Of a stretch of 64,000 nt of DNA, positions 56,559 to 64,000 are shown one piece after another. The notes below the pieces were generated by a model that was not told the DNA's origin, did no database searches, and saw nothing but the letters and a program-made list of their open reading frames with translations. The stretch's first letter is position 1. Every line of letters begins with the position of its first letter. Source of the DNA: a virus; IMG/VR virus record IMGVR_UViG_3300046660_000510, positions 1 to 64,000 of that record. One strand, given 5' to 3'. The translations under genes and the position numbers were made by a program.

Positions 56559-56942
56559 TCAGGACACAGGCCGCGGCTTCACAGGGCTGGACTCCTCGAG
56601 CGGTGTGACCGGCACCGGCGCGGTGACCTGGGTCCGCTCGAACAGCGCCAGCAGCGCGGCGACCATCGCCATCACGAGGCCCTGCTTGTCCGCGGACCAG
56701 TCCAGGCCGAACCCGACGAACAGCGCCATCACCGTCTGCGCGAGCTGGATGAGGGCGGCCGCCCAGGCGCCGCTGTGGGCGACGATGGCGAGCCACACGC
56801 CGACAGCGGCGGCGAGGACGGCGTTGACGAGGGTCTGCTGATCCGCAGTGACGTCCATGCCGAACGCGGTGAGCAGCTTGAGGGCTGCGGCGGCGAAGCC
56901 AAGCAGCAGCGCCGGCTCTCGGCCGAAGATCTTCGGGGACAC
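56559..56942 (-). CDS. holin
   Basis: KIFGREPALL, four TM segments, ERTQVTAP; directly after the endolysin. Confidence 0.75.
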   Translation of the reverse strand: MSPKIFGREPALLLGFAAAALKLLTAFGMDVTADQQTLVNAVLAAAVGVWLAIVAHSGAWAAALIQLAQTVMALFVGFGLDWSADKQGLVMAMVAALLALFERTQVTAPVPVTPLEESSPVKPRPVS

Positions 56943-56981
56943 AGTGGTCTCCTTCTGAGGGGTGGGTGTGGTGAGGGGTGG

Positions 56982-58259
56982 TCAGACCTTGGGGATCTTG
57001 AGCGCTGCCCAGGTCTTCGGGCCGGGGTAGCCGTCGGCGTCGCCCTTGAGGTCGGCGCGCGACAGCTGGAAGTCGCGGACGTTCTCCCGGTCGGCATTCG
57101 TCCAGTCCGGGCCCGGGCCGTGCTGGTAGTGCTTGCCGAAGCCGAGCTGGACCAGCCGACGGCCCATCGCGGTGATGATCGGGCTGTGGCGGCCGCCGTG
57201 GAAGAAACCGGCGCCAGGGAACGGCTCATAGACCGGCTGCGCAGGCTTCGGGGCGGGCTTCACGGCGGGCTTCTTCGGCAGGGAGCCGAGAAGCTTGACC
57301 AGGCTGGTCGCCCCGGGAACACCGTCGGCGTCCTGGCCGGCCGCGGTGCCCTTGAAGCCCAGGGACTTTTGGAAGTCAGAGAAGTTCCGGGTGTCGGCGT
57401 CCCCCCACGTCGTATCGGGGCCGTCGGTGTAGTGCTTCCCGAACCCGGCCTTCACCAGGGCCGTACCGACCGCGGTGACGTGCGCGCCCTTCGCCCCGTA
57501 CCCGTACTCCAGGCCGCCGATGGTCACCTTGTAGCGGGCCGGAGTCGTAGCGGTGACGCCGCCGACCGCGGGGTACTTGGGGCGGCCGAACCCGGCGATG
57601 TCGTGGACGACTCGGACGCGGCGGGCGCACACGTTCGCCGAGTTGCCCTCGATCGTGAACACGTTCTTGCCGTCGCTGGAGACGCTGGTCACGACACCGA
57701 CGTGGTCGATGCCCCCGATCTCCGAGGACCCGTCCCAGTCAAAGAAGATGACGTCACCGCGGCGGATACCGGACTTGAGGATGCCGTTGGTCATCGGGGT
57801 CCACTGGCCGGCGGCCTTGAAGGCTGCCGCGTGCGCGACGGTGTACGCCCAGTCCTTGCCGAAGCAGACGGCCTCGTAGTTGTCGGAGGCGAAAGCGGAG
57901 ATGGTGACGGTGGCGTCACACCAGGCGAAGTTCCCGGAGTAGTCCGCGCCGTTGCGCTCCCGGTACCAGGCCTGGATCGCATTCGGCTCGCCGGTGCCCA
58001 GCCACGCCTCCATGGCCTGGATCATCTTCTCGAGGCCGCCGGTGTTCCCGCCGAGCTTGCGCGGCCCGGCGCCGTCCTCGGGAGCGTCTTCGGAGTCGGT
58101 GTCGGGGGCGCCGTAGATACCGCGGGTGTCGGCCGGGCCGAACTCGGCAGCGAGGAGCTCTTCCTCGTTGTCGACGGTGGGCCCGTTGCTGGTACTGGTG
58201 AGCAGGGCGGCTTGCCGCTGCTGCGTGATGTCGTCCTCGATGGGGCGGGGCTCGCCCAT
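56982..58259 (-). CDS. endolysin: CHAP domain plus two peptidoglycan-binding domains
   Basis: AWCDATV, GDVIFFDWD..IDHVGVV, TIEGNS; ADGVPG and ADGYPGPKTW. Confidence 0.88.
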   Translation of the reverse strand: MGEPRPIEDDITQQRQAALLTSTSNGPTVDNEEELLAAEFGPADTRGIYGAPDTDSEDAPEDGAGPRKLGGNTGGLEKMIQAMEAWLGTGEPNAIQAWYRERNGADYSGNFAWCDATVTISAFASDNYEAVCFGKDWAYTVAHAAAFKAAGQWTPMTNGILKSGIRRGDVIFFDWDGSSEIGGIDHVGVVTSVSSDGKNVFTIEGNSANVCARRVRVVHDIAGFGRPKYPAVGGVTATTPARYKVTIGGLEYGYGAKGAHVTAVGTALVKAGFGKHYTDGPDTTWGDADTRNFSDFQKSLGFKGTAAGQDADGVPGATSLVKLLGSLPKKPAVKPAPKPAQPVYEPFPGAGFFHGGRHSPIITAMGRRLVQLGFGKHYQHGPGPDWTNADRENVRDFQLSRADLKGDADGYPGPKTWAALKIPKV

Positions 58260-58294
58260 GACCGGTCTCCTTTGTGGGGCGGGGGAAGGTGGGA

Positions 58295-59137
58295 TTACTG
58301 GCGGGTGGCGTCGAGGCGCGGCTGCACCAGGTCGATGTCGCTGCGTTCGGCCTGGTAGAGGGCTAGTGAGAAGCGGAAGCTGCCGGAGTCCCCCCAGGAG
58401 GAACTCCAGCTGTTTTGGGCGCGGAGGATGGTGTCGACGTAGTTGAGGGCTCCGGTGTCGTCGGTGACGACGTCCTCGAGGGCGGTGATGCAGACTTCGT
58501 GTCCGCCCTCGATCGGTGAGTTGGCCCATCCGGGGGCGGTGTCGATGAAGCCGTTGCTGTCCGGCTCGCTGAAGGCGGACCGCCAGGCCATGCCCATCAG
58601 GACCGGGCCGGTCTGGAGGAGCATGCACAGCTCTTCCGCGGTGGTGGCGTGGCCGTACTGGTCGACGAGGTTGAGGCTGCGCAGGGCCTTGGCTACGCCG
58701 AGCCCGGATGATCCGCAGTCGTTGGCGGGCCAGGCGGCGTCATGCCACTGGTCCTTGGTGGTCGCTTCGGCGTACAGGCCGATCGCCCACCGCTCCGCCG
58801 CCTCAGGGTCGACGACATTGAGGCCTGCGGCGGCGAGGGTGTCTGTGTCCTGGAGGACGGAGACCAGGGCGGTCGCGGCATTGGCCGTGCAGGAGCCGAG
58901 GGCGTCCACGTCGTCGACACCGTCGAACATCTGCGAGGTGTGAATGCCTTGCGCGATGAGGTCCTGCTGGTCCAGCACGGGGACCTTGGGGGCCCACTCG
59001 GTGGGCTTGAGGGGTTCGCCGTTGTAGCGGCGCCGGTAGGCCAGGCTCCGCGGGTCACGAACGAGGTGCCTGCCTAGCTGCGGCGTGACGTCGTACTGCT
59101 TGATGTCGAGGTCGGGCACTCGCCCGTGCTCCTGCAC
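58295..59137 (-). CDS. papain-like (C1) cysteine peptidase
   Basis: VLDQ..GSCTANA, GGHEVCI, QNSWSSSWGDSG. Confidence 0.8.
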   Translation of the reverse strand: MQEHGRVPDLDIKQYDVTPQLGRHLVRDPRSLAYRRRYNGEPLKPTEWAPKVPVLDQQDLIAQGIHTSQMFDGVDDVDALGSCTANAATALVSVLQDTDTLAAAGLNVVDPEAAERWAIGLYAEATTKDQWHDAAWPANDCGSSGLGVAKALRSLNLVDQYGHATTAEELCMLLQTGPVLMGMAWRSAFSEPDSNGFIDTAPGWANSPIEGGHEVCITALEDVVTDDTGALNYVDTILRAQNSWSSSWGDSGSFRFSLALYQAERSDIDLVQPRLDATRQ

Positions 59138-59270
59138 TCCCCGCGCCCAGAGCTGACGTTGTGGCGGACCGCTGTGGTGCGGTCGTCCCTCGGGGGTGTG
59201 GAGCGTGGGCGGGCGGAGGGTCGCCCGGCGATCTCAGGCTACGTGCTGGCGGGACTGGTGTTGCCCCCGC

Positions 59271-59558
59271 TCACGCCTCAGGTTCCGGGGCAGGCGGGGT
59301 GTAGAGAACTGCGCTGCCGTCGAAGATCTCGCCCTGCCAGCCGCGGTACATCTTGACCGTGTAGTCGGGGTGGTCAGCGATGATGCGCTTGACGATGACC
59401 TGGACCAGGTCATCGATGTCCTGGTCGGTGAGGGCGCCGATGGCGAAGTCTGGGAAGTCGAAGGTGATGGGGAACGAGTCCGCGGCGTCGTCGTTCGGGC
59501 CGCCGTTGATGTTCACGGTCATCCGGTGGAATGTTGCAGTGGTAGGCGTGGTGATCAT
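59271..59558 (-). CDS. hypothetical protein
   Basis: AGGAG RBS. Confidence 0.6.
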   Translation of the reverse strand: MITTPTTATFHRMTVNINGGPNDDAADSFPITFDFPDFAIGALTDQDIDDLVQVIVKRIIADHPDYTVKMYRGWQGEIFDGSAVLYTPPAPEPEA

Positions 59559-59573
59559 GCGTTCTCCTGTTTG

Positions 59574-61949
59574 CTAGTCCTGGATGAAGGTGATGTGCAG
59601 GCGTAGGTTGCGGCCCTGGCCGGCCTGGCTGGCGTCGCCAGTGATGTCGGCGTAGGCGGTGCGCAGGGTGCAGATGCCGTCTGTGCCGACGACCCAGCCG
59701 CCGAAGGTGGTGCCGTCGTCCCAGGCGCCGTTGATGGTGTTGTGGGTGGGGCGCCATCCGGCGGGCAGGGTTGCGATCGCGACGTCGGTGAGGTTTCCGC
59801 TGGTGGAGGTGATCGTGGTGCCGCTGCGGTGCATGTACAGGTCGATCGCAACGACCTTGCCGAACCGGTATCCGTAGAAGCCGCCGCTGTTGATGGTGAA
59901 GCCGCTGGCTGCGGTCAGCCCGGTCGTGGTCGACGATGAGGCGGCGGTGATGGTTCCGGCGGCGGTGGTGTTGCCGTCTTTGTCGACGGTCAGCTTGTCG
60001 ACTGCGGCAACACTCAGCCGTAGCAGGTTGCCGGTGTGTCCGCTGTCCGCCGTGGCGTACAAGGCGCTGCTACTTGAGGCGGGTGCGTAGACCTCGTACC
60101 GGGATTTCGACAGCTGGGTAACCCCGCTCGAGAACATGGTCAAGATGGCGTCCTGGGTGGCGGCTGTCGTGTCCTTGTAGCCGAAGGCGGCGGCCGCGTC
60201 GGTGAGGGCAATGCGGCCGCCGATTACGGTGTTGGTCGCGGAGTCCCGGACGCGTTCGGCAGTCCAGAAGTCGCTGGATCCGGACAGGCCGAAGAGGGTG
60301 CGCCACTTCATATCCGAGAACGAGCTGCCTGTGTAGATGCCGGAGTTGAGGCCCAGGACGGCGTTGGCGCCGGACACGTTGACGATGGCTGAGGCGGTCT
60401 GGCCGACGTTCGTCAGTTTCAGGTTGGGGAACGCATTGTTCGGGTCGAGCTGCAGGATGGCGCCGTTGGTGCCTTTGACGAGGAGTCCCGAGTCGGATAG
60501 TTCTCCGATCGCTGTCCCGCTCGAGTTGTAGACGAGGACCTTGTTGGCGGACGATTCGTTGAGGGTGATGCGCTGCCCGGTCGTGGCGGTCTGGATGAGG
60601 GCGCCGGTGATGGTGCCGCCGGTGATGGTCTTTCCGGTGATGGCGTTCGCTGCGAGCGCGGTCGCGTCGACGGCCCCGGCCTGGATTTTGCCGACGGTGA
60701 TGGCGTTCGCGGCGATCTCAGCAGCTGTGATGGTGAGGGCGGCGATCTCCCGGGCGGTCACAGCGTCGGCGGCGATCTTTCCTGCGGCGATCGCGTCCGC
60801 GGCTATGTTGCCCGCGAGGATCGTCAGGGCGGCAATCTCGGTAGCCGTGACGGACCCGGCGGCAATCATGCCGCCCGCTACCAGCGTGCGGACCTCCGCG
60901 TTGTCGAACCACGCCTCCCCCGCAGTCACCGCGGACGCTTCGACGACGAGGACGGCGGTCTTTGTGCCGGTGGGGGCCTGCACCTGGGCGGTGGCGCGGG
61001 CCCACGGGTCGCCAGGGGTGAACGTGTGATCGGCGACGCCGTAGCCGAGGACCGTGGCGGCCGCATCCTCGTAGCGGAACATCAGCTTGACGCCGCTGCC
61101 GTTGAAGGTGGCGGACGTCTTGTAGTCGACGGCCAGGTAGTGGCGTTCGCCGGGGAGGACGGGGTAGCGGGCGAGTTCGATGTTCTTCCAGGTGGTGAAC
61201 CCGCTGGTGCAGTCGACATGCAGGGCGTGTGCCGAGTTGTTGCCGGGGGCGGTGACGGACCAGTCGGCGTGTCCGGCGATCAGGGCCGCCGTGTAGGCGC
61301 CCTCGAAGGACGGGTCGGGGGCGAGGTTGCCTATACCGAGGGCAAGCTGGTCGGAGCCGATCGCGCCGACGGCGACCTTCGCCGCGGTGACTGCGTCGTC
61401 CGCCAGCTTCAGGGTGGTGACGATGCCGTCCACGAGGTCGTCGGCGACGACCGGGGTAGGTCCGAACGGGCCGATCGTCCCGGACGCAGTGGACGCGGCC
61501 CCGGAGGTGTTGCGGGCCACCAGGCGCACGTACACGGGCGTATCGCAGGGGACGACGACGGTGGCGCCCTGCGCGGTCTCGATGGTGCCCTGCAGCGTTG
61601 CGGGGGACGGATCGTAGACGGCGGTGATCGCGGCGTGGACTTCGACCCGGGCCCAGTCCAGCGGGATGACTGCGCCGCCGGCGAACTGGCCGTCCCAGGA
61701 GACGGTGACCCCGCCGAGGACGGACGCGACAATCGGGTCCGACGGCTGCGGCGGCGGGCCCCCGTTGACGATGTTCACCGCGGCAGTGCCATCCGCCTGG
61801 ACGCCGACAAGGCCCTTCAGGCCGCCCGTACTGTCGCGGATCTCCACCGACGTGTTGTCGATGGAAGCGTGCGACAGCCGCGGGGAGCGCTCCATGCGGG
61901 TCAGGCGGGCGTTGAGCTGCTGGAGTGCACGGCCGATGTCGATGCTCAC
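59574..61949 (-). CDS. minor tail / receptor-binding protein with CBM-like module
   Basis: NLAPDPSFE..WFDNAEV; IAADAITAGKI-type repeats; C-terminal LPAGWRP domain. Confidence 0.8.
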   Translation of the reverse strand: MSIDIGRALQQLNARLTRMERSPRLSHASIDNTSVEIRDSTGGLKGLVGVQADGTAAVNIVNGGPPPQPSDPIVASVLGGVTVSWDGQFAGGAVIPLDWARVEVHAAITAVYDPSPATLQGTIETAQGATVVVPCDTPVYVRLVARNTSGAASTASGTIGPFGPTPVVADDLVDGIVTTLKLADDAVTAAKVAVGAIGSDQLALGIGNLAPDPSFEGAYTAALIAGHADWSVTAPGNNSAHALHVDCTSGFTTWKNIELARYPVLPGERHYLAVDYKTSATFNGSGVKLMFRYEDAAATVLGYGVADHTFTPGDPWARATAQVQAPTGTKTAVLVVEASAVTAGEAWFDNAEVRTLVAGGMIAAGSVTATEIAALTILAGNIAADAIAAGKIAADAVTAREIAALTITAAEIAANAITVGKIQAGAVDATALAANAITGKTITGGTITGALIQTATTGQRITLNESSANKVLVYNSSGTAIGELSDSGLLVKGTNGAILQLDPNNAFPNLKLTNVGQTASAIVNVSGANAVLGLNSGIYTGSSFSDMKWRTLFGLSGSSDFWTAERVRDSATNTVIGGRIALTDAAAAFGYKDTTAATQDAILTMFSSGVTQLSKSRYEVYAPASSSSALYATADSGHTGNLLRLSVAAVDKLTVDKDGNTTAAGTITAASSSTTTGLTAASGFTINSGGFYGYRFGKVVAIDLYMHRSGTTITSTSGNLTDVAIATLPAGWRPTHNTINGAWDDGTTFGGWVVGTDGICTLRTAYADITGDASQAGQGRNLRLHITFIQD

Positions 61950-61950
61950 G

Positions 61951-63054
61951 TCACACGCCTCCGTACTGGTACATGGAGGCCGGCTTGAGGCTGATGACGG
62001 CCTGCGGCCCGCCCTGCGCGGTGGGCTTGATGGTCCAGCCGGTGATGCGGCACCAGCCGGTGTAGTCGGTCCACGCGTTGTGGATCCGCACGTAGATGTC
62101 GTCGCCGACCTGCCAGGACCCGAACGGTGCGGCGCTGGTGTTGCGGATGGTGACCTGCTCCACCGAGCCGAGGGTCTGCCGCCAGGCGCGCTCCCATTCC
62201 ACGCGCTGCTTGAGGACGTCGTTGCCGTTGATCTCCGGGTAGTCGACGGCGGCCTCGAGGCGCAGGCGTCCGTTGCGGACGGCGGAGATCTGCCGGAGTT
62301 TGGCGCTGCCGTCGCCGGCGCCGGAGCCGATGACGACCTGCGCGTAGTCGTCGCCCGCGAGGGCCTCTTCGGGCTCTTCGATGATGTTGACGCCGGACGC
62401 GATGGAGATGTCGGTGCGGCGCGCGCCGAGACGGGGCCAGCCGAGGCGGATCCGTTTCACCACATCCGTCTTGGCCGCGTTCCAGGCGGTGGCGCACGTG
62501 TAGTCGGGGGTGGCGTCGTCGGAGACGATCTCATCGACCTGGTCGCCGAGCGCTTTCATGTCGTACCAGAACGAGTTGTACGGCTCCGCCGGGGTGCCGA
62601 CTTTCGACGTGGACGTGGTGGAGTCGACGACGACGCCGAGGTTGCCGTCGGCAATGGACTGTGCGTACGTCCAGATGTTGCGGACCACGTCGCACCGGTC
62701 CGTGTAGACGTAGGGTCCGCGACCGCCGTGCTGGCCGTCCACGTCGAACCTCTTCTGCAGGTAAGACGACCACGAGGCGGCCTCAATGCTGTAGTCGTTG
62801 CCCTCGGCGCGGACGTCCCAGACGATGCCGCCCCACTGCAGCTGGCCGGACGATTCGACGTAGATGAGCGTGTTGCCGGGGTCGGCCAGGGCGGGGCTCG
62901 AGGCGACCAGGCGGGGCGACAGCTTCCCCGACAGGCTGCCGGGCCCGTTGAGTTCGTCGCCGTACTCCAGGTCCGTGACGGGCAGCGCGGTGGACAGCCA
63001 GGCGCCGGTGAGCGCGTTCTGCGTGAGGACCCGGTCGGGCAGGGGGGCCGTCAT
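61951..63054 (-). CDS. minor tail protein (Gp37-like)
   Basis: DELNGPGSLSG, WGGIVW, RLGWPRLGARR, SWQVGDDI. Confidence 0.75.
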   Translation of the reverse strand: MTAPLPDRVLTQNALTGAWLSTALPVTDLEYGDELNGPGSLSGKLSPRLVASSPALADPGNTLIYVESSGQLQWGGIVWDVRAEGNDYSIEAASWSSYLQKRFDVDGQHGGRGPYVYTDRCDVVRNIWTYAQSIADGNLGVVVDSTTSTSKVGTPAEPYNSFWYDMKALGDQVDEIVSDDATPDYTCATAWNAAKTDVVKRIRLGWPRLGARRTDISIASGVNIIEEPEEALAGDDYAQVVIGSGAGDGSAKLRQISAVRNGRLRLEAAVDYPEINGNDVLKQRVEWERAWRQTLGSVEQVTIRNTSAAPFGSWQVGDDIYVRIHNAWTDYTGWCRITGWTIKPTAQGGPQAVISLKPASMYQYGGV

Positions 63055-63986
63055 CGGGGCGCCTCGAGGAACTCGATGTCGGCGATCAGGGTGGTGGACC
63101 CGTCGACACCGACCTTGCCTGCGTTGCCGGGAAACCCGCATGCCTGGAATCGCAGGGTCTGACTGGTGCCGCGGTAGGCGGACGGAATGGTGAGGGTGTC
63201 GCCGAGGACGATGGTGCCGCGGCGGGTGCCGGTCTGGTTGTCGTCGAGGTTGACGGACTGCACGGTCAGGGAGGCACCGAACGTGGCGCGCAGGCCGCCG
63301 AAGAACGCGGCGGTGTTGTAGCGGATCTGCCCCACGGACAGGGACAGGACGGCCTTGGTGGCCCAGGAGGGGATGGCCACCGACCAGCCGGCGGCGGTGG
63401 AGAAGTTGCTGTACGTGCCGGAGGTTCCGCTGATGTCGGTGGACAGGGCCGTCGGGGACTGGGTGAGGAGGGTCCGCTGGCGGCGCGGGTTCGCGACCTG
63501 CCGCAAGTCGGTGATCATCGCGTCTGTGATGGTGCTGGTGCTGGCGGGGATGTCGATCCGGGCCAGCGGAATCCCGGTCCGCCCGTCAGGGATGGCGGTT
63601 GCCGACGATGACACGTTGGAGATCACCTGGAAGTAGGTGACCTGGTCGACGGTCGGATCGAGGGTTCCCTCGTACTCGGGGTCTTCCACGCGCAGGATCA
63701 CCATGTCGGACCGTGCGGACCCGCCGGTGGCTGCGATGTCCACGTTGACGGCCCCGGTGTTGCACGCCGAGTAGTGCCCCTGGAAGGCGTTCACGCGGCC
63801 CTGAATGACCCCGGAGCCGTCGGCGACCGTGACTCCGGCACCGGGGGTTGAGCGCTGGGTGACCTTCAGGTCGTCGCCTTCGGTGATGCCTTCGGCGCCG
63901 CGCGCCAAGTCCCGGACCAACATGCGGAACTGCTGCGCCGAATGGGTGGCCCCGTTGGTGAGGATGGGCCGCGGAAACAAGGCCAT
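63051..63986 (-). CDS. minor tail protein
   Basis: GATHSAQQFR..RSDMVILRVEDPEY..IPLARIDIPASTSTITDAMITDLR. Confidence 0.75.
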   Translation of the reverse strand: MALFPRPILTNGATHSAQQFRMLVRDLARGAEGITEGDDLKVTQRSTPGAGVTVADGSGVIQGRVNAFQGHYSACNTGAVNVDIAATGGSARSDMVILRVEDPEYEGTLDPTVDQVTYFQVISNVSSSATAIPDGRTGIPLARIDIPASTSTITDAMITDLRQVANPRRQRTLLTQSPTALSTDISGTSGTYSNFSTAAGWSVAIPSWATKAVLSLSVGQIRYNTAAFFGGLRATFGASLTVQSVNLDDNQTGTRRGTIVLGDTLTIPSAYRGTSQTLRFQACGFPGNAGKVGVDGSTTLIADIEFLEAPR

Positions 63987-64000
63987 AACTCGGCTCTCCT

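Noticed and set aside
60590-60880. Periodic repeats in the tail gene
   Set aside because: Ordinary IAADAITAGKI-type tail protein repeats.
1-64000. tRNA, rRNA, IS elements, reverse transcriptase/DGR
   Set aside because: None recognised by eye; tRNAscan and Infernal were not run, so small RNAs cannot be excluded.

Overview
High-GC (Streptomyces-like) temperate phage region, most consistent with a phage-plasmid (plasmid-prophage). The left and centre (1-48 kb) hold early, regulatory and replication genes. These include an AlpA-like HTH, an XRE-TPR regulator, a phage-type replication initiator with internal hairpins, an HNH protein, SSB, RusA, Rad52/Sak, two WhiB proteins, two tandem C5 DNA methyltransferases, DUF5131, DUF1643, DUF4326, DUF6233, a NERD nuclease, a WYL protein and a PP2C phosphatase. 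A plasmid-type maintenance module carries a Rep with internal DnaA boxes, a DciA/DUF721 homologue, ParA/ParB and two parS-like palindromes. A palindromic operator/promoter occurs five times and heads the small-gene cassettes. A TrmB/LuxR-type regulator sits divergent from a small secreted peptide with two DT(G/A)WG motifs, a candidate phage signalling pair. At 48-53 kb, a Cre-like tyrosine recombinase and a catalytically incomplete paralogue lie next to lox/dif-like sites and a mini array of ORFs joined by a 32-bp junction repeat. The right end (53-64 kb, minus strand) encodes minor tail proteins, a papain-like protease, a CHAP endolysin, a holin and collagen-like proteins; head and terminase genes presumably lie beyond the window. 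All family assignments are from motif recognition by eye; no database searches were run.
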